Assembly (NCBI GenBank): GCA_964475285.1
Contig: CAYYWB010000002.1
Span: 1-62,072 of the forward strand
Reading direction: 5' to 3'
DNA: 62,072 bases
From: an uncultured Bifidobacteriaceae bacterium
GTDB lineage: Bacteria; Verrucomicrobiota; Verrucomicrobiia; Limisphaerales; UBA11358
Shown: piece after piece, positions 35,274-43,545 of the stretch
How the letters are laid out: the number at the start of each line of letters is the position of its first letter
How positions within the stretch are numbered: the first letter of the stretch is position 1
Made by a program: the position numbers and the translations under genes
The notes under the pieces: model-generated
The model's input: only the letters and a program-made list of their open reading frames with translations
Told to the model about the DNA's origin: nothing
The model's database searches: none

Positions 35274-35277
35274 CGAA

Positions 35278-35601
35278 TCAAGGCAGCCTCAATTTTTCGT
35301 CAACACCCGGCCTCCCCTGCGCGGTTTCGATCAACTCCCGGACGCGGCGCGCGTCCGCCTTCCGATGACCGTGGCTGGCCAGCGGGTCGGTGCCGCCGGT
35401 GGATTCAATCAAAATGTCCGACCAGATGATTCCCGTCTTGATGTGGACGGATGCAACCTTCGTGATGCTGATGCTGATCTCGTCGCGGCTGAACCACGAC
35501 CGTTTATGCCGGGTGACCGCCTTGTCCGTCACCTCGATAATCGTGGGGAACAGAAAATTGCCGCGCGTCAGCCGGCTCGCTTGAAATGTTTCCGAAGGCA
35601 T
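35278..35601 (-). CDS. bacterial PH-domain-like protein (tentative)
   Basis: The pattern FPTIIEVTDKAVTRHKRSWFSRDEISISITKVASVHIKTGIIWSDILIES resembles bPH-type domains. Start chosen at MPSETF. Confidence 0.45.
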   Translation of the reverse strand: MPSETFQASRLTRGNFLFPTIIEVTDKAVTRHKRSWFSRDEISISITKVASVHIKTGIIWSDILIESTGGTDPLASHGHRKADARRVRELIETAQGRPGVDEKLRLP

Positions 35602-35629
35602 GGCGGCGGTGGGCGTGTAAATCGGAGTT

Positions 35630-36094
35630 TCAGCCCTGTGCGGCTGGTTCAATTTTTGCCAGGAAACCATCTCCACCGCCAGCACGATTGTCTCCCGCGG
35701 GCGTGGCGACCGTGTTGCCCAGGCGGGACTCCAGCAGTTTCGTGACAATTTGACGGCATTCCTCGCGCCGCCGGTCCAACTTCACGCGAAAGGCCACGCC
35801 AAGTCCCGCAAAAGCCACGAGGCTGATCAACGATCCCAGACCCAGGGCATAAATAAGATTCACGATGGATTGCGGCGCGTTGTCGGGAAAGTTGACCACC
35901 AAAATCGTCCCATAGCCCAGGGCAGCCACCGCCATCACAGCCAACATGGCCATGAGCCAAGCCGCGCGCCACGCGCAGTGCGCGTCGCGCTGAATCCGAA
36001 CGATCTCATCCATCAGTTCCTGCCGCCGGGCGCTACCGTCGTAACGGATGCATTCCCTTAGAAACTCCGTGTGTTTTTTGTGGTCACTCATCAT
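35630..36094 (-). CDS. membrane protein, unknown function
   Basis: 154 aa with two central hydrophobic helices. First gene behind motif P3. Confidence 0.55.
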   Translation of the reverse strand: MMSDHKKHTEFLRECIRYDGSARRQELMDEIVRIQRDAHCAWRAAWLMAMLAVMAVAALGYGTILVVNFPDNAPQSIVNLIYALGLGSLISLVAFAGLGVAFRVKLDRRREECRQIVTKLLESRLGNTVATPAGDNRAGGGDGFLAKIEPAAQG

Positions 36095-36151
36095 CGCTCA
36101 AGTAGCAGCATCCATGCCACCGCTTACCGTTTTTCAACATCTGTGTCAACC

Positions 36152-36193
36152 ATGCTACGCCGCCGCCCGGCTTGCCGCCATGGGGTATAACCC
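36152..36193 (-). promoter_or_regulatory. bipartite promoter-like motif P3
   Basis: Minus strand reads GGGTTATACCCCATGGCG-N18-TAGCAT. Confidence 0.6.
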
Positions 36194-36310
36194 TACCGCG
36201 GGTCATTCATGGCCATCTCCAAAAAGCCCATTGATCCAACGGACAGGACCTGGATTTTAGAATGAAAAAGCGCCGGCAGACTTCCGCCGGCGCCGCGAGG
36301 GGAACAATGA

Positions 36311-36853
36311 TTAAAAGGCAAACCGCACACCGAGCCGGGCGAAGCCATAATACCTGGCTTCATCTGGCAGCACGCCGCGGGCGTCAACAAACACGCCCAC
36401 ATGCGGGGTGAAGCGGTATTCGATGCCCCCGCCAGCCTGGGCAAACCATTCTTTGAGCGCATCAAACTGGCGTCCGCCGCCGCCAAAGACGTAGGGGGCG
36501 AATCCACTCTGGCCCAGCGGGAGGCGCAGGGTCAAATTGGCCGAGGCGTTGTCTATGAAGGTTCCCGTCGTGTTTTCAGAATAGGCCTCGGCGCTGATGC
36601 CGATGTTTTGGGTGAAGAAATAATTGATCCCCGCTCCGGCGCCCAGACGGGTGTTGTGCCGGATCCTCGCATTGGAAGGATGATCAATGGTGTATTTCCC
36701 TATGGAAGCGGTCCCGAACCCGTCCAGTGACAATTCATTGGCCCGGAAAAGGTCTTCCTGAACGGTCTGGTTGTTGACTGTGGTGTCCTGGCCCAAGACT
36801 GACGTTGCGGCCAGCATCAGGATTGTTCCGCCGATGGTTAATTTGTTTTTCAT
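36311..36853 (-). CDS. outer-membrane beta-barrel protein (OmpW/OmpA-beta-barrel-like)
   Basis: Signal peptide MKNKLTIGGTILMLAATSVLGQD, alternating beta-strand pattern, and a C-terminal ...GVRFAF aromatic terminus. Confidence 0.75.
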   Translation of the reverse strand: MKNKLTIGGTILMLAATSVLGQDTTVNNQTVQEDLFRANELSLDGFGTASIGKYTIDHPSNARIRHNTRLGAGAGINYFFTQNIGISAEAYSENTTGTFIDNASANLTLRLPLGQSGFAPYVFGGGGRQFDALKEWFAQAGGGIEYRFTPHVGVFVDARGVLPDEARYYGFARLGVRFAF

Positions 36854-36890
36854 GCAATTATTTTGTGTTTTTGTTTTTAACATTGGCGGC

Positions 36891-36932
36891 ACATTACAGC
36901 CTTGGCTGGATTGCATCCATGGGGTGTAACCC
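36891..36932 (-). promoter_or_regulatory. bipartite promoter-like motif P4
   Basis: Minus strand reads GGGTTACACCCCATGGAT-N18-TAATGT, upstream of the OM barrel gene. Confidence 0.6.
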
Positions 36933-37007
36933 TACCGCGCATCTCGGATGGTGTTCCCGGAATAATTTGTCCTCCCGCTGCGGACAAATGAGCCGGCCTG
37001 CGTCCAT

Positions 37008-37051
37008 GGGGTGTTCACCCCATATACAAGTTGAATCAATTATCCGATATT
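37008..37051 (+). promoter_or_regulatory. bipartite promoter-like motif P5 (near-palindromic box 1)
   Basis: GGGGTGTTCACCCCATATAC-N18-GATATT. On the other strand the box reads GGGGTGAACACCCCATGGACG. It lies in the divergent region before the kinase operon. Confidence 0.5.
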
Positions 37052-37122
37052 TGCATTGGATTCCAGGGATGCTGTTGAGAAATCAACGTCCCGGAGAGTT
37101 CCGCCGAAGCCAGCATGACAAC

Positions 37123-37821
37123 ATGAAACAAAAATTAACCGGGTTGTCCCAACGATATGTCACGACGTTGCGCAAACACCTGAAGGCGGGGCCGCGCGCC
37201 AGTCTGCAACCGGCGTTGGGACTGGGATGCCGGGCGGTCGCTCTCGGTCTGGAGACGCTGGATCTGGCCCGGATTCACGAGCGGGCCGTCACGACGCTGG
37301 AACTATCCAGCCTCAAAAATGGGTTCCTCAAGCGGGCGGAGATTTTTTTTTCCGAGGCCATCATTCCGATTGTCGAGACGCACCGCGCCGCGCGGCAAAG
37401 CAAGATTCAACTGAACCAGTTGAACGAGGCGCTGGGCCGGCGCACGGCGGAACTGGCCGTCACCCACCGCCAGTTGAAACGCGGCATCCTCCGGCGCAAG
37501 AGCGTGGAAGCCGCCCTCAAAAAAAGCGGCGAACATTACACCAAACTGTTGAAGGATTCCCTGCAACTTCAGGAAGGATTGCGGCAACTGACGCATCAGG
37601 TTCTCGCGGGGCAGGAGGATGAACGCAGGAAGATCAGCCGTGAACTTCAGAATGAAATCGCGCAGACATTGCTGGGCATCAATGTCCGGCTGTTGACGTT
37701 GAAGCAGGAGGCGCGGACCAACACCAAGGGTCTCAAGAATGAAATCGCCAGCACGCAGCGGCTCGTGCTAAAATCGGCCAAGTCCGTGCGGCGGGTCGCC
37801 CGTGAATATAGAAACGCATGA
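37123..37821 (+). CDS. kinase-like protein with sensor and DHp (HisKA_3-like) regions but no phospho-acceptor His and no ATPase domain
   Basis: Paralogous to the next gene over its whole length. The H-box reads EDERRKISRELQNEIAQTL (Q where the paralog has H). It ends right after the DHp helices. ATGA overlap downstream. Alternative start at 37069. Confidence 0.7.
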   Translation: MKQKLTGLSQRYVTTLRKHLKAGPRASLQPALGLGCRAVALGLETLDLARIHERAVTTLELSSLKNGFLKRAEIFFSEAIIPIVETHRAARQSKIQLNQLNEALGRRTAELAVTHRQLKRGILRRKSVEAALKKSGEHYTKLLKDSLQLQEGLRQLTHQVLAGQEDERRKISRELQNEIAQTLLGINVRLLTLKQEARTNTKGLKNEIASTQRLVLKSAKSVRRVAREYRNA

Positions 37822-38990
37822 AACGCGAACTTTTCAATTTGTCACGACGCTATCAGGAAGCGTTGCGGGCGCACTTGAAACAGGGCCGCTCGGCCAGCCC
37901 GGAATCGGCGCGCGGCGTGGGCAGCAAGGCCCTGGCCGCCGGGCTGGAGACGCTGGATCTGGCCAAGCTCCACGAGCAAACCCTTGTCACGGAAGTGTTG
38001 CCGGGCTGCCCGGCCGGCAAACGCGCCGCGCTCATCAAACAGGCGGGGGCTTTCTTTGCCGTGGCCATCGCTCCCATCCTGAAAACGCATCACAGCGCGC
38101 AGGAGGCCGAAGTCCACCTTAAAAAATTCATCGAAGCGTTGAGCCAGCGCACGGTGGAACTGGCCGCCTCGAACCTGGAGTTGAAACAGGAAATCCTCCA
38201 GCGCAAAACGGCGGAGGAGGCGCTCAAAAAAAGCGAGCGCCATTACTCGCAGTTGCTGAAACAGTCGGACAGCCTGCAGGAGCAGTTGCGGCGGCTGTCC
38301 CGCCAGATTCTTTCGGCGCAGGAGGATGAGCGGAGAAACATCAGCCGCGAATTGCATGATGTCATCGCCCAGACCCTGACCGGCATCAACGTCCGGTTGT
38401 CGGCCCTGGCCAAGGAGGCGGCCATCAACACCAAGGGTCTTGACCGCAACATCGCCCGCACGCAGCGGCTGGTGGAAAAATCGGTGGAAATCGTGCATCA
38501 GTTTGCCCGCGAATTGCGCCCGGCGGTGCTGGACGATCTGGGGTTGATCCCCGCACTACATTCGTTCGTGAAAATATTTTCCAAGCGGACGCGCATCCTC
38601 GTTCACTTGAAGGCCTTTGCGGAAGTGGAACAACTGCCCATCGCCAAGCGAACGGTGCTCTTTCGCGTCGCGCAGGAGGCGCTCACCAATGTCGCCCGCC
38701 ATGCGCAGGCCAGCCGGGTGGAGGTGAGCATCCAGAAATTGCCGGATTCCATTTGCATGAAAATAACCGACGACGGCAAATCGTTCCAGGTGGACCGTGT
38801 GTTGCACGGGAAAGGCAGCAAACGCCTGGGCCTGCTCGGCATGAGGGAACGGCTGGAAATGGTCGGGGGTCATTTTGGCGTCGAGTCCGTTCAAGGCAAA
38901 GGCACCACCGTCATTGCCCAACTTCCGATCGGCAAAGCCGCGCGGGGGGGGGAGGAACCGCTGATGGCGTCCGTTGACACCAAGCCTTGA
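37818..38990 (+). CDS. cytoplasmic HisKA_3-type sensor histidine kinase (NarX/DegS class)
   Basis: EDERRNISRELHDVIAQTL H-box, then HATPase_c motifs EALTNVARHA, ITDDGKSF and GLLGMRERLEMVGG. Confidence 0.85.
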   Translation: MKRELFNLSRRYQEALRAHLKQGRSASPESARGVGSKALAAGLETLDLAKLHEQTLVTEVLPGCPAGKRAALIKQAGAFFAVAIAPILKTHHSAQEAEVHLKKFIEALSQRTVELAASNLELKQEILQRKTAEEALKKSERHYSQLLKQSDSLQEQLRRLSRQILSAQEDERRNISRELHDVIAQTLTGINVRLSALAKEAAINTKGLDRNIARTQRLVEKSVEIVHQFARELRPAVLDDLGLIPALHSFVKIFSKRTRILVHLKAFAEVEQLPIAKRTVLFRVAQEALTNVARHAQASRVEVSIQKLPDSICMKITDDGKSFQVDRVLHGKGSKRLGLLGMRERLEMVGGHFGVESVQGKGTTVIAQLPIGKAARGGEEPLMASVDTKP

Positions 38991-38996
38991 ATTTTT

Positions 38997-39503
38997 ATGA
39001 AACGCATTTTCATTTTGCTGGCGCTGTTCGCCGTCGCTTGGGGCGATGCCCACGCCGCCCCGGCTCCAACCAACTCTGACGCGGCCGGTCGTGTTCTCAT
39101 GATTGATTCCAGTTCCATGCCGGTTGGCGCGGGCAATGCCACGCTGATCATCGGTCCGCTCCAGCGCACGAACGGCATTTACACGGGCGATTACAAGCTC
39201 AAGGTGTTTCCCTGGTTCTTAAAAAACGAAAAGGGGCGGCTGGCCATCGTCGTTTCGGACGAGTCGCTGGCCGAGGCCGGCCGGGGCAAGGTCGTGACGA
39301 TCGCCGGGACCGCCACCACCAGCGGCAAAAGCGGCCGGACCCGGGCCGTCGCAGCCATCGCCACGCCGGTCAACGGAGATCGCGGAACGCTCAAGCTGTG
39401 GTTCACGGCGGGAACCCGGGAAATGACCTTCGAGCCGGCCTACCACTTTGCCGGAAATGAGAAGGCGCTGGTCCTGGCGCGGGCGGCTGAAATCAAACCT
39501 TGA
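38997..39503 (+). CDS. secreted protein of unknown function inside the two-component operon
   Basis: Signal peptide MKRIFILLALFAVAWGDAHA. Flanked by identical 20-bp gene junctions. Confidence 0.6.
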   Translation: MKRIFILLALFAVAWGDAHAAPAPTNSDAAGRVLMIDSSSMPVGAGNATLIIGPLQRTNGIYTGDYKLKVFPWFLKNEKGRLAIVVSDESLAEAGRGKVVTIAGTATTSGKSGRTRAVAAIATPVNGDRGTLKLWFTAGTREMTFEPAYHFAGNEKALVLARAAEIKP

Positions 39504-39509
39504 ATTTTT

Positions 39510-40187
39510 ATGAAACGAATCACTGTTCTGCTGGCGGAAGACCATACCTTTGTGCGCGAGGGATTTCGCAAGATGCTCGAAATGGAAGACGACCTCGAAG
39601 TGGCCGGCGAGGCGCAGGACGGGCGACAGGCGGTCGCGCTGGCCAAAAAACTTCAACCCAACGTGGTGTTGATGGACATCGCCATGCCGTTGCTCAATGG
39701 TCTGCAAGCCACCCGGCAGATTCTCAAAGCCAACCCGGCCGTCAAAGTGCTCATGCTTTCCGCGCACAGCGACGACGCGTATGTCCAAAACGCGACCGAG
39801 TCCGGCGCGGTGGGATTTCTGCTCAAACAAACCTCCGCCCACGACGTGTGCCGGGCCATCCGGGAAGTCCAGAAGGGAAGGACATTTTTCAGCCCCTCCA
39901 TTTCCCGGCGTCAGGACCGCATCCATCCGCTGTCGCCCGACCGCGATGGGGGGTTCACGAAGAAAGCCGCCCCGTTGACGTCGCGCGAGATGGAAGTGCT
40001 CCAACTGATTGCCGAAGGCAAGGCCAACAAGGAAACCGCGTCGGAACTCGGCATCGGCATCAAGACCGTCGAGAAGCATCGCGAGCATGTCATGCAGAAG
40101 CTGGACATCCACGACACCGCCGGACTCACCCGTTACGCCATCAGCGCGGGCATCATCGAGAGCAGCGTCCAGTTGACCATCGTCTAG
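39510..40187 (+). CDS. NarL/FixJ-family response regulator (REC plus LuxR-type HTH)
   Basis: VLLAEDH...VVLMDIAMPLLNG...KVLMLSAH receiver motifs, and LTSREMEVLQLIAEGKANKETASELGIGIKTVEKHR HTH. Confidence 0.9.
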   Translation: MKRITVLLAEDHTFVREGFRKMLEMEDDLEVAGEAQDGRQAVALAKKLQPNVVLMDIAMPLLNGLQATRQILKANPAVKVLMLSAHSDDAYVQNATESGAVGFLLKQTSAHDVCRAIREVQKGRTFFSPSISRRQDRIHPLSPDRDGGFTKKAAPLTSREMEVLQLIAEGKANKETASELGIGIKTVEKHREHVMQKLDIHDTAGLTRYAISAGIIESSVQLTIV

Positions 40188-40234
40188 GAATGACGAATGA
40201 CGAAGCTCTAATGACCAAGGAACAACCAAACCCC

Positions 40235-40302
40235 AATGACCAAATAATTTCCAGCGTCCGAACGGGCGTTCGCGATTCGATCTTCGGAATTATTTAGTCA
40301 TT
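40235..40302 (+). terminator. terminator-like hairpin after the response regulator gene
   Basis: aatgaccaaataatttcc pairs with ggaattatttagtcatt (16 bp, one mismatch, one bulge). The loop holds an inner cgaacgggcgttcg hairpin. Confidence 0.45.
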
Positions 40303-40360
40303 ACGATTTAGGGTTTGGGGATTTATTTCGGTTTCGTGGTTTTCCTCACCAACAGAACAA

Positions 40361-40654
40361 ATGAAAATGAGTCGAGAAAGCCTCTCCTTCTGGATGACCC
40401 TGGCGGGCACCATTTGCTGGGGTGTCTGCTTTTGGTGGATGCGCCGGCTTTCCATCAAACAGAACGCCCTGCTGGACCATCTTCGCGAGCAGGGCAAACG
40501 CATCGAGAAGCTGTCCAAAATCGAGCATGACCTCATCAAGGAAGTGCATCCCCAGGTCAACGAGATCAAGGAAGGGATGGACGAGATGATCGCGGTGGTG
40601 AAGGAAAATGTGGAAAACAATCCGCCACCCGCATCCAAAAAGAAGGCGCATTAG
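40361..40654 (+). CDS. single-pass membrane protein with a coiled coil
   Basis: 97 aa, with a WMTLAGTICWGVCFWWM helix followed by a charged helical region. Confidence 0.5.
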   Translation: MKMSRESLSFWMTLAGTICWGVCFWWMRRLSIKQNALLDHLREQGKRIEKLSKIEHDLIKEVHPQVNEIKEGMDEMIAVVKENVENNPPPASKKKAH

Positions 40655-40743
40655 TCTGCACAAAGGGAGCATTCTGCAAATCTGTTAATCCCGTTGGAAC
40701 AACCCGCCTCCGGCGCGGTTTCAACGAAAGGCGAAAGGCTTCT

Positions 40744-40784
40744 GGTTACACCCCATGGCGGCGGCGCGTTCTCCGGATTACTCT
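40744..40784 (+). promoter_or_regulatory. bipartite promoter-like motif P6
   Basis: GGTTACACCCCATGGCG-N18-TACTCT. The ATG at 40791 lies 6 nt after the hexamer. Confidence 0.65.
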
Positions 40785-40790
40785 CATACC

Positions 40791-41285
40791 ATGATTAACA
40801 AAAAACATTACTTCAAAACAAACATTACCAACAAGGCCGGGGTCGTGCTGGGCGCCGTGCTGCTGGCGGCGCTGACCGAAAGCGCGGGTTACGCCGGCGG
40901 GGCGACCGTCGGGATAGACCTGACACCGATCGTGGTGGTGGCTCCTCCCGTGGCAGTGGCAGCTCCGGCGGTTGTGGCGCCGGTGGTCGTGGTGCAAGAC
41001 AACTACGTTTATTACCCCAGCTACGGCATCTATTACAACAGCGACCGGCGCCAATACGCCTATCTGGAAAATGGCGCGTGGGTTACGGCATCGGCACCGC
41101 AGGGCGTCTCGGTTGACGTGCTGCTGGCTTCGCCGTCAGTGAACATGGACTGGCATGATTCCCCGGAAAAACATCACGCGGACATACTCAAGCGGTATCC
41201 GAAGGATTGGAAGTCTTCCGATGAGCATCATGACCAGAAAGATGAGCGGAAGCCGGGTCCTCCGGAAGGCGACAAGAAACATTGA
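40791..41285 (+). CDS. secreted/membrane-anchored protein, unknown function (paralog of 44896)
   Basis: MINKKHYFKTNITNKAGVVLGAVLLAALT signal/anchor, a Val/Pro/Ala-rich stretch, and an acidic/His-rich tail. Confidence 0.6.
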   Translation: MINKKHYFKTNITNKAGVVLGAVLLAALTESAGYAGGATVGIDLTPIVVVAPPVAVAAPAVVAPVVVVQDNYVYYPSYGIYYNSDRRQYAYLENGAWVTASAPQGVSVDVLLASPSVNMDWHDSPEKHHADILKRYPKDWKSSDEHHDQKDERKPGPPEGDKKH

Positions 41286-41342
41286 TGTCACACGGAAACA
41301 ATGATGGCGATTGAATTGCCACTTCAAAAGGAAAGACAAACC

Positions 41343-41447
41343 ATGCATCTATTATTCACGCCGGTTTTGGGCAGTGCGATCTATATTGGCGGAGGCGGGC
41401 TTGGTCTCGTTCTCCTCATCGTCGTTCTGATCCTGATATTCCGTTAA
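41343..41447 (+). CDS. possible 34-aa hydrophobic peptide
   Basis: MHLLFTPVLGSAIYIGGGGLGLVLLIVVLILIFR. The GGLGLVL..IVLILL tail resembles small stress membrane peptides. Unverified. Confidence 0.25.
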   Translation: MHLLFTPVLGSAIYIGGGGLGLVLLIVVLILIFR

Positions 41448-41560
41448 GCACTGAACCATCGGGCTGTTGTTGCGCCGGGACCCTCGGCAGGCGGCGCGAC
41501 AGGGCGCTCTAAAATCACGATTTTCACCATATAAACTAAAATGCAACAACCAGGAAACAC

Positions 41561-42085
41561 ATGAAAACCGGACTCACACTTTTCGCCATCGGCAGTTCAC
41601 TGGCGCTGACTGCGACGGTATCGTTGGCACAAAACGCGATCGCCAACACCAATTCGCTCCCGCTCGTTCAAACGGTGAAATACCAAGACGCGGTGGAACA
41701 TGACCAGTCTTTGGGCGAGCAATCCCTCCTGCCACCCGGTCTCAAGGAAAAGCTGCGGCTCACCGACGAGCAAAGAGTTGAGTTGAAGCCGGCCGAGGAC
41801 GATTTTGCCAACACATGCGGGGAATACCAGATTGCCAACCAACCCCGGATTGATGCCGCTCAAGATGCGATTCGCCGGGCACGCGAATCCAAGGACACGG
41901 CACTAATTCAGTCCGCTCGCCAGCAGTTGCAACAGGTCTGGGCGGGTCTCCAGCCATACCGGGACACAGCCATCGTTCATATCAAACCGCTGCTGACGCC
42001 GGATCAAATCACGATTTTGGAGGATCCAAATAACCAATGGCGCGAAAATCATGGCGCTGAAGCAAACGATCCGTCTGCGAATTGA
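41561..42085 (+). CDS. periplasmic LTXXQ-motif protein (CpxP/Spy-like)
   Basis: Signal peptide plus LTDEQRVELKP and LTPDQITIL motifs. Confidence 0.7.
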   Translation: MKTGLTLFAIGSSLALTATVSLAQNAIANTNSLPLVQTVKYQDAVEHDQSLGEQSLLPPGLKEKLRLTDEQRVELKPAEDDFANTCGEYQIANQPRIDAAQDAIRRARESKDTALIQSARQQLQQVWAGLQPYRDTAIVHIKPLLTPDQITILEDPNNQWRENHGAEANDPSAN

Positions 42086-42136
42086 ACCGGCCCCGCGAGA
42101 AGCGACCAAACCAAAATCAACAAACCGGGAAGAATT

Positions 42137-42454
42137 ATGAATAACAACAATGTGCGGACACTGCTGTCGCTGACGATCATGAGTTTGATCATCGTTTTGA
42201 AGGTTTCGGGTCAATCTGACAGGCTGGAACCGCCGACGATGCTGACGATACAAGTCGCCTCGTCAGAACCTGTGATGAAGGAAGCCGCGCCCATGGTGGC
42301 TGAACCTGAACTGATCCGGCCTGTCGTGCCCACCAATGCAGTGCCGGTCCACCCCGTTGTGCCCACCAATGCAGTGCCGGTTCAGCCTGTTGTGCCGGTT
42401 CAACCCGTGCCAAACGGCACGCAAATATTCCCGGCCATGCTTGGCGCCAGGTGA
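42137..42454 (+). CDS. small secreted protein with a Pro/Val repeat
   Basis: Signal/anchor, then PVVPTNAVPVHPVVPTNAVPVQPVVPVQPVP. Confidence 0.5.
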   Translation: MNNNNVRTLLSLTIMSLIIVLKVSGQSDRLEPPTMLTIQVASSEPVMKEAAPMVAEPELIRPVVPTNAVPVHPVVPTNAVPVQPVVPVQPVPNGTQIFPAMLGAR

Positions 42455-42462
42455 ATTCACAC

Positions 42463-42507
42463 GGGTAAAACACCCCATATTCCTTTCGGGGAACATCTCC
42501 ATATATC
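42463..42507 (+). promoter_or_regulatory. bipartite promoter-like motif P7
   Basis: GGGTAAAACACCCCATATTC-N18/19-ATATAT/TATATC, upstream of a small ORF and the Wzm/Wzt genes. Confidence 0.5.
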
Positions 42508-42519
42508 AACTGCATTGAT

Positions 42520-42684
42520 ATGATTAAATCGTTGCTACTGACCACCGCCGTAGCCACAGCCCATGATGGCGGGCGTCCGCCCGCTGGTGCGGGGGTGGTC
42601 TTCTTCGAGCGTGAGGGCCGATTGTTCCTCATAGCGGGACGGCATATCGTGGGCGACAACCCGGGCAACCACTTTCCCACTTGA
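42520..42684 (+). CDS. possible 54-aa protein (absent from the ORF track)
   Basis: MIKSLLLTTAVATAHDGGRPPAG... begins 13 nt after the P7 hexamer. No family recognised. Confidence 0.25.
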   Translation: MIKSLLLTTAVATAHDGGRPPAGAGVVFFEREGRLFLIAGRHIVGDNPGNHFPT

Positions 42685-42691
42685 TTCCCGC

Positions 42692-43543
42692 TTGAACGCC
42701 GAACTCCTCATCGAGCCCGGACGCGCCGAAAAGAATTACTGGCGCGACCTGTGGTGCTACCGCGAGCTGTTCTATTTTCTCGCCTGGCGCGACATTCTTG
42801 TGCGCTACAAGCAAACGGTGATCGGTATCGCCTGGGCCGTCATCCAGCCTCTTCTGACGACAGTGGTGTTCACCCTGGTTTTCAACCGCGTCGCCAAATT
42901 GCCGGCACCGGACGGCGTGCCGTATTTCCTGCTGGTGATGGCGGCGCAACTGCCCTGGCAGTTCTTTTCCACCTCCTTGAGCGCCTCCAGCAACAGCCTC
43001 ATCGGCAATGCCAACCTGATTTCCAAGGTATATTTCCCGCGCCTCATTGTTCCCGCCGGCTCGGTTATCACCAGCTTCGTGGATTTTCTCATCACGGCAG
43101 GCCTGCTGGCAGCAATGATGCTCTGGTTTCAATTTCTACCGGACTGGAGGCTGCTGGCGCTGCCGCTCTTTGTGGCGCTGGCCTTCGGCGCGGCCTTTGG
43201 CGCGGGACTCTGGCTGTGCGCGTTGAACGTAAAATACCGCGACTTCCGTTACGTCATCCCCTTCATCGTGCAGTTTGGTTTCTTTCTTTCTCCGGTCGGC
43301 TACAGCAGCGACCGCGTTCCGGCAATCTGGACCTGGCACGGCTTCGACATCCCGGCGCGGTTGCTTTACTCGTTTAATCCGATGGTCGGCGTCATTGACG
43401 GATTCCGCTGGGCGCTGCTGCGCGGCCAGACCGACCTATGGTGGCCGGGCATTCAACTGTCCATCGTTCTGACCGCGGCGCTCTGTTTGAGCGGCATCTG
43501 GTATTTTCGCAGGATGGAAAAAACGTTTGCGGACGTCATATAA
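42692..43543 (+). CDS. ABC-2 type polysaccharide/O-antigen export permease (Wzm/TagG-like)
   Basis: TTG start. YRELFYFLAWRDILVRYKQTVIGIAWAVIQP is the canonical ABC-2 N-terminal motif. Six hydrophobic helices. Confidence 0.85.
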   Translation: MNAELLIEPGRAEKNYWRDLWCYRELFYFLAWRDILVRYKQTVIGIAWAVIQPLLTTVVFTLVFNRVAKLPAPDGVPYFLLVMAAQLPWQFFSTSLSASSNSLIGNANLISKVYFPRLIVPAGSVITSFVDFLITAGLLAAMMLWFQFLPDWRLLALPLFVALAFGAAFGAGLWLCALNVKYRDFRYVIPFIVQFGFFLSPVGYSSDRVPAIWTWHGFDIPARLLYSFNPMVGVIDGFRWALLRGQTDLWWPGIQLSIVLTAALCLSGIWYFRRMEKTFADVI

Positions 43544-43545
43544 CC

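Noticed and set aside
36805-37122. Upstream extension of the kinase-like ORF (the track ORF starts at 36805)
   Set aside because: It would read through the OM-barrel start region and two promoter-like motif sites. The paralog alignment begins at MKQKL (37123).
41518-41536. Degenerate box-1-like sequence CGATTTTCACCATATAAAC upstream of the CpxP-like gene
   Set aside because: It has one C fewer in the core and no TAnnnT at the N18/19 position, so the match is too weak to count as a site.
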